Positions 25,803 to 28,048 of a DNA stretch of 28,048 nucleotides are shown here, piece by piece. The position numbers and the translations under genes were made by a program. Source of the stretch: Bugula neritina (Eukaryota; Animalia; Bryozoa); contig CAXIUT010000057.1 of the NCBI GenBank assembly GCA_964035545.1, positions 75,183 to 103,230 of the forward strand, given 5' to 3'. The notes below the pieces were generated by a model. It was not told the DNA's origin. It saw only the letters and a program-made list of their open reading frames with translations, and did not search any database. Every line of letters begins with the position of its first letter. Positions within the stretch are counted from its first letter, which is position 1.

Positions 25803-26590
25803 TGTGTGATAAAAAGTATTAAAAATCAAAATCCAGATCGTAATTAATACTTTTTATTTAAGCTTTATATCAACCTCTTATATATTTTAAAGAGTGATAT
25901 ATCTCATTTTAAATATATAAAATAATAATTTTTTTTGATATTTTTTAAAAGAATAATAAACATACTTATTCTGAGATCTTATTTGTTTAATAATATTTTT
26001 TCAAAGAATAAAGAAGATTAAAAATAACTAACTAAAGATAAAGAATGCTGATATTTTATCAGTATGGAAAATATAGACATATCATGTTGATTATTGAAAT
26101 TAGACTCAATTTATTATTCCATTGAATGTTTCTTAATTATTAATATTATTTTCTTAATATCATTAAATCAAAAAGATTGGCCTCTAAAAACAAAAAGAAT
26201 TATTTTTTGTTGATTAAAGAATAAATTATCTTTTTTCATTATTTTATATATATTAGAATTTTAATAAATCAATAAATATCAATCTACTTTTTAATTTTTT
26301 TGTCTTTTTCTACGATTCGTATATAAATAAAATACTTATTTTCATTTTAATAATCAATAGATTTATCAAGTAAAAAGTAATTTAGATAAGATATAACAAA
26401 ATAAAACTACAAATAAAAATATCGATAAAAAATCAATACTCCATTCCATAACCCATACAATATTGTCTACCTTATTCATTTAAATCAGATAAATCCTTTA
26501 ATTTCTTTATAAAAATACCTTTATTAGATGTTTAGTTTTCTAAACTTCCATTTTTTAAATAATTAATTCAAGTCATAAAGAAAAAACACA

Positions 26591-27857
26591 ATGAACGACT
26601 ACTTTTCTTCATCATAGACCTTCCATTACAACAAAATCATTTTCACTGTTCGAAAAAAAGTAAAATACGGACAAGGACTCTACGTTTGTGGCAATATTCC
26701 ATAGTTAGGATGTTGGAAACCTGACCTTGCCTTCAAACTTAAATGGTGTTAAGTACTTTTGATATGATTTAGGGTGATGTTTGGACAGGAATACTCATTC
26801 TTTCATAGAACATACTTAAATAATTTGAGTTTAAATATGTTGTTATGGACTGGGATCATCCATCTTCCATGAAATGTAGTTGGTAGGTAGGTCAGACTAA
26901 TAGAAAATTAGAACTTAGCTAAGCCAGAAAAACTATAATACTTGGTATAATTGGACATATGTAGATGACAGATGGAATTTAGATAAAATAACTCTCAATC
27001 TCTATTCTAGGAAAACAGAAATAAGCGACTAACGGTTTTATGTTGTGGGAGATATTTTTGAATTGGGGCAATGGAAAGAAGCTAGACCTCTAAAACGACA
27101 AAACTTAGTGCATAGTAAAGAAAATAAAGGTTTTTCTAAACAAAATTAAGAATAAACAGAAATTTACTCATATACTTTCTATACTTATAGATAAAAATAA
27201 TAATTCAGATATTATTACATCAAAAAAGGATGTACTACATAAAGCTAGAGAAAACCTTATAGAATATTTAAATTTAAAAACAATAATATTCCTCATCCTC
27301 AAAGAAGATCGATTACTCATTCCAGAGGATAAATAAATATTAATGACGACTTCAGTCTAAACTAGCTTAAGTTTTCAAAAGTGACCTAAAGAATGTTTGT
27401 CGGAGCATATCCTAAAAGCAGAAGCAATATTTAGATGTTAAAACAAAAAAGTATAGCTGTTATCTTTTCAATTCAAAGCTAAAAAGATTTCAAGTCACAT
27501 GGACTTTCACCTTAATACATAGATTTGCTTTGTCAATAAGAAGGAATTATCTTCAAAAGTTACTCAATATAAGATATGAACAACGAAGATTTCATTGTTA
27601 GAGCTGAAGGTGGCCTGAAAGTATTAGGCGAGTTGATGAAAGAAAGTGAAAAAGTTTATATTCACTGTTCGGCTGGTATATACAGATCTCCTCAGATGAT
27701 AGTGCTTTATCTAAATCTTATTGAAGGTTATTCAATTGAACAAGCTCTTGAGATGGTTCGATCAACTCATCCCTTTGCTAAACCTAACAGCAAAGTTATT
27801 CGGTAGACTATCAATAACATCAGAACTCAAAAAGGATAGCACAAACTGTATGCATGA
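26591..27857 (+). CDS. Tandem CBM20 + dual-specificity phosphatase (laforin-like glucan phosphatase); exons 26591-26752, 26773-26944, 26965-27857; about 408 aa
   Basis: CBM20-1: YGQGLYVCGNIPELGCW...LKWCEGDVW...FEFKYVV...WEVGQTNR. CBM20-2: FYVVGDIFELGQWK. DSP loop: VYIHCSAGIYRS. TGA at 27855-27857. Confidence 0.92.
26753..26772 (+). other. 20-nt spliceosomal intron
   Basis: gtacttttgatatgatttag; its removal restores WCEGDVW. Confidence 0.9.
26945..26964 (+). other. 20-nt spliceosomal intron
   Basis: gtataattggacatatgtag; its removal gives ILDDRWN and the frame of the phosphatase domain. Confidence 0.85.
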
Positions 27858-27937
27858 ACTATTTAATGATTTTACTTTACTTATATATATAGTATTTTTA
27901 ATTAAATGAAATAATATCATTCTTTATATTTTCTTCA

Positions 27938-28048
27938 GGGGTTGGGGTTGGGGTTGGGGTTGGGGTTGGGGTTGGGGTTGGGGTTGGGGTTGGGGTTGGG
28001 GTTGGGGTTGGGGTTGGGGTTGGGGTTGGGGGTTGGGGTTGGGGTTGG
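27938..28048. repeat. Right telomere, (TTGGGG)n
   Basis: Tandem G4T2 hexamers to the last base (one G5 variant), in the orientation complementary to the left end. Confidence 0.98.

Overview
This is a complete telomere-to-telomere 28,048-bp eukaryotic minichromosome with (CCCCAA)n on the left and (TTGGGG)n on the right, i.e. a ciliate macronuclear chromosome. The supplied ORF track is fragmented because the standard code does not apply. TAA and TAG both occupy conserved glutamate positions and only TGA terminates genes (UAR=Glu, NCBI table 30, known from peritrich ciliates). Retranslated by hand, the molecule is densely coding, with 11 genes plus one gene fragment that runs out of the left telomere. 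The genes are a RelA/SpoT-like nucleotidyltransferase-TPR protein with three frame breaks, a pseudokinase-MORN protein, an AIG1/GIMAP-like GTPase, Fab1/PIKfyve, a penicillin/AHL acylase-family Ntn hydrolase, two VIT-vWA paralogues, a MARCH-type RING-CH E3, a GUP1/HHAT-like MBOAT, a cytosolic carboxypeptidase and a 2xCBM20 dual-specificity (glucan) phosphatase. All five well-supported introns are exactly 20 nt (GTA...TAG). The best novelty candidates are (i) VIT-vWA proteins carrying an internal ubiquitin/UBL cassette that ends in a potentially cleavable RxRGG, and (ii) the eukaryotic alarmone-synthetase-like NTase fused to a TPR array. All translations and family calls are by eye, and no database searches were run.
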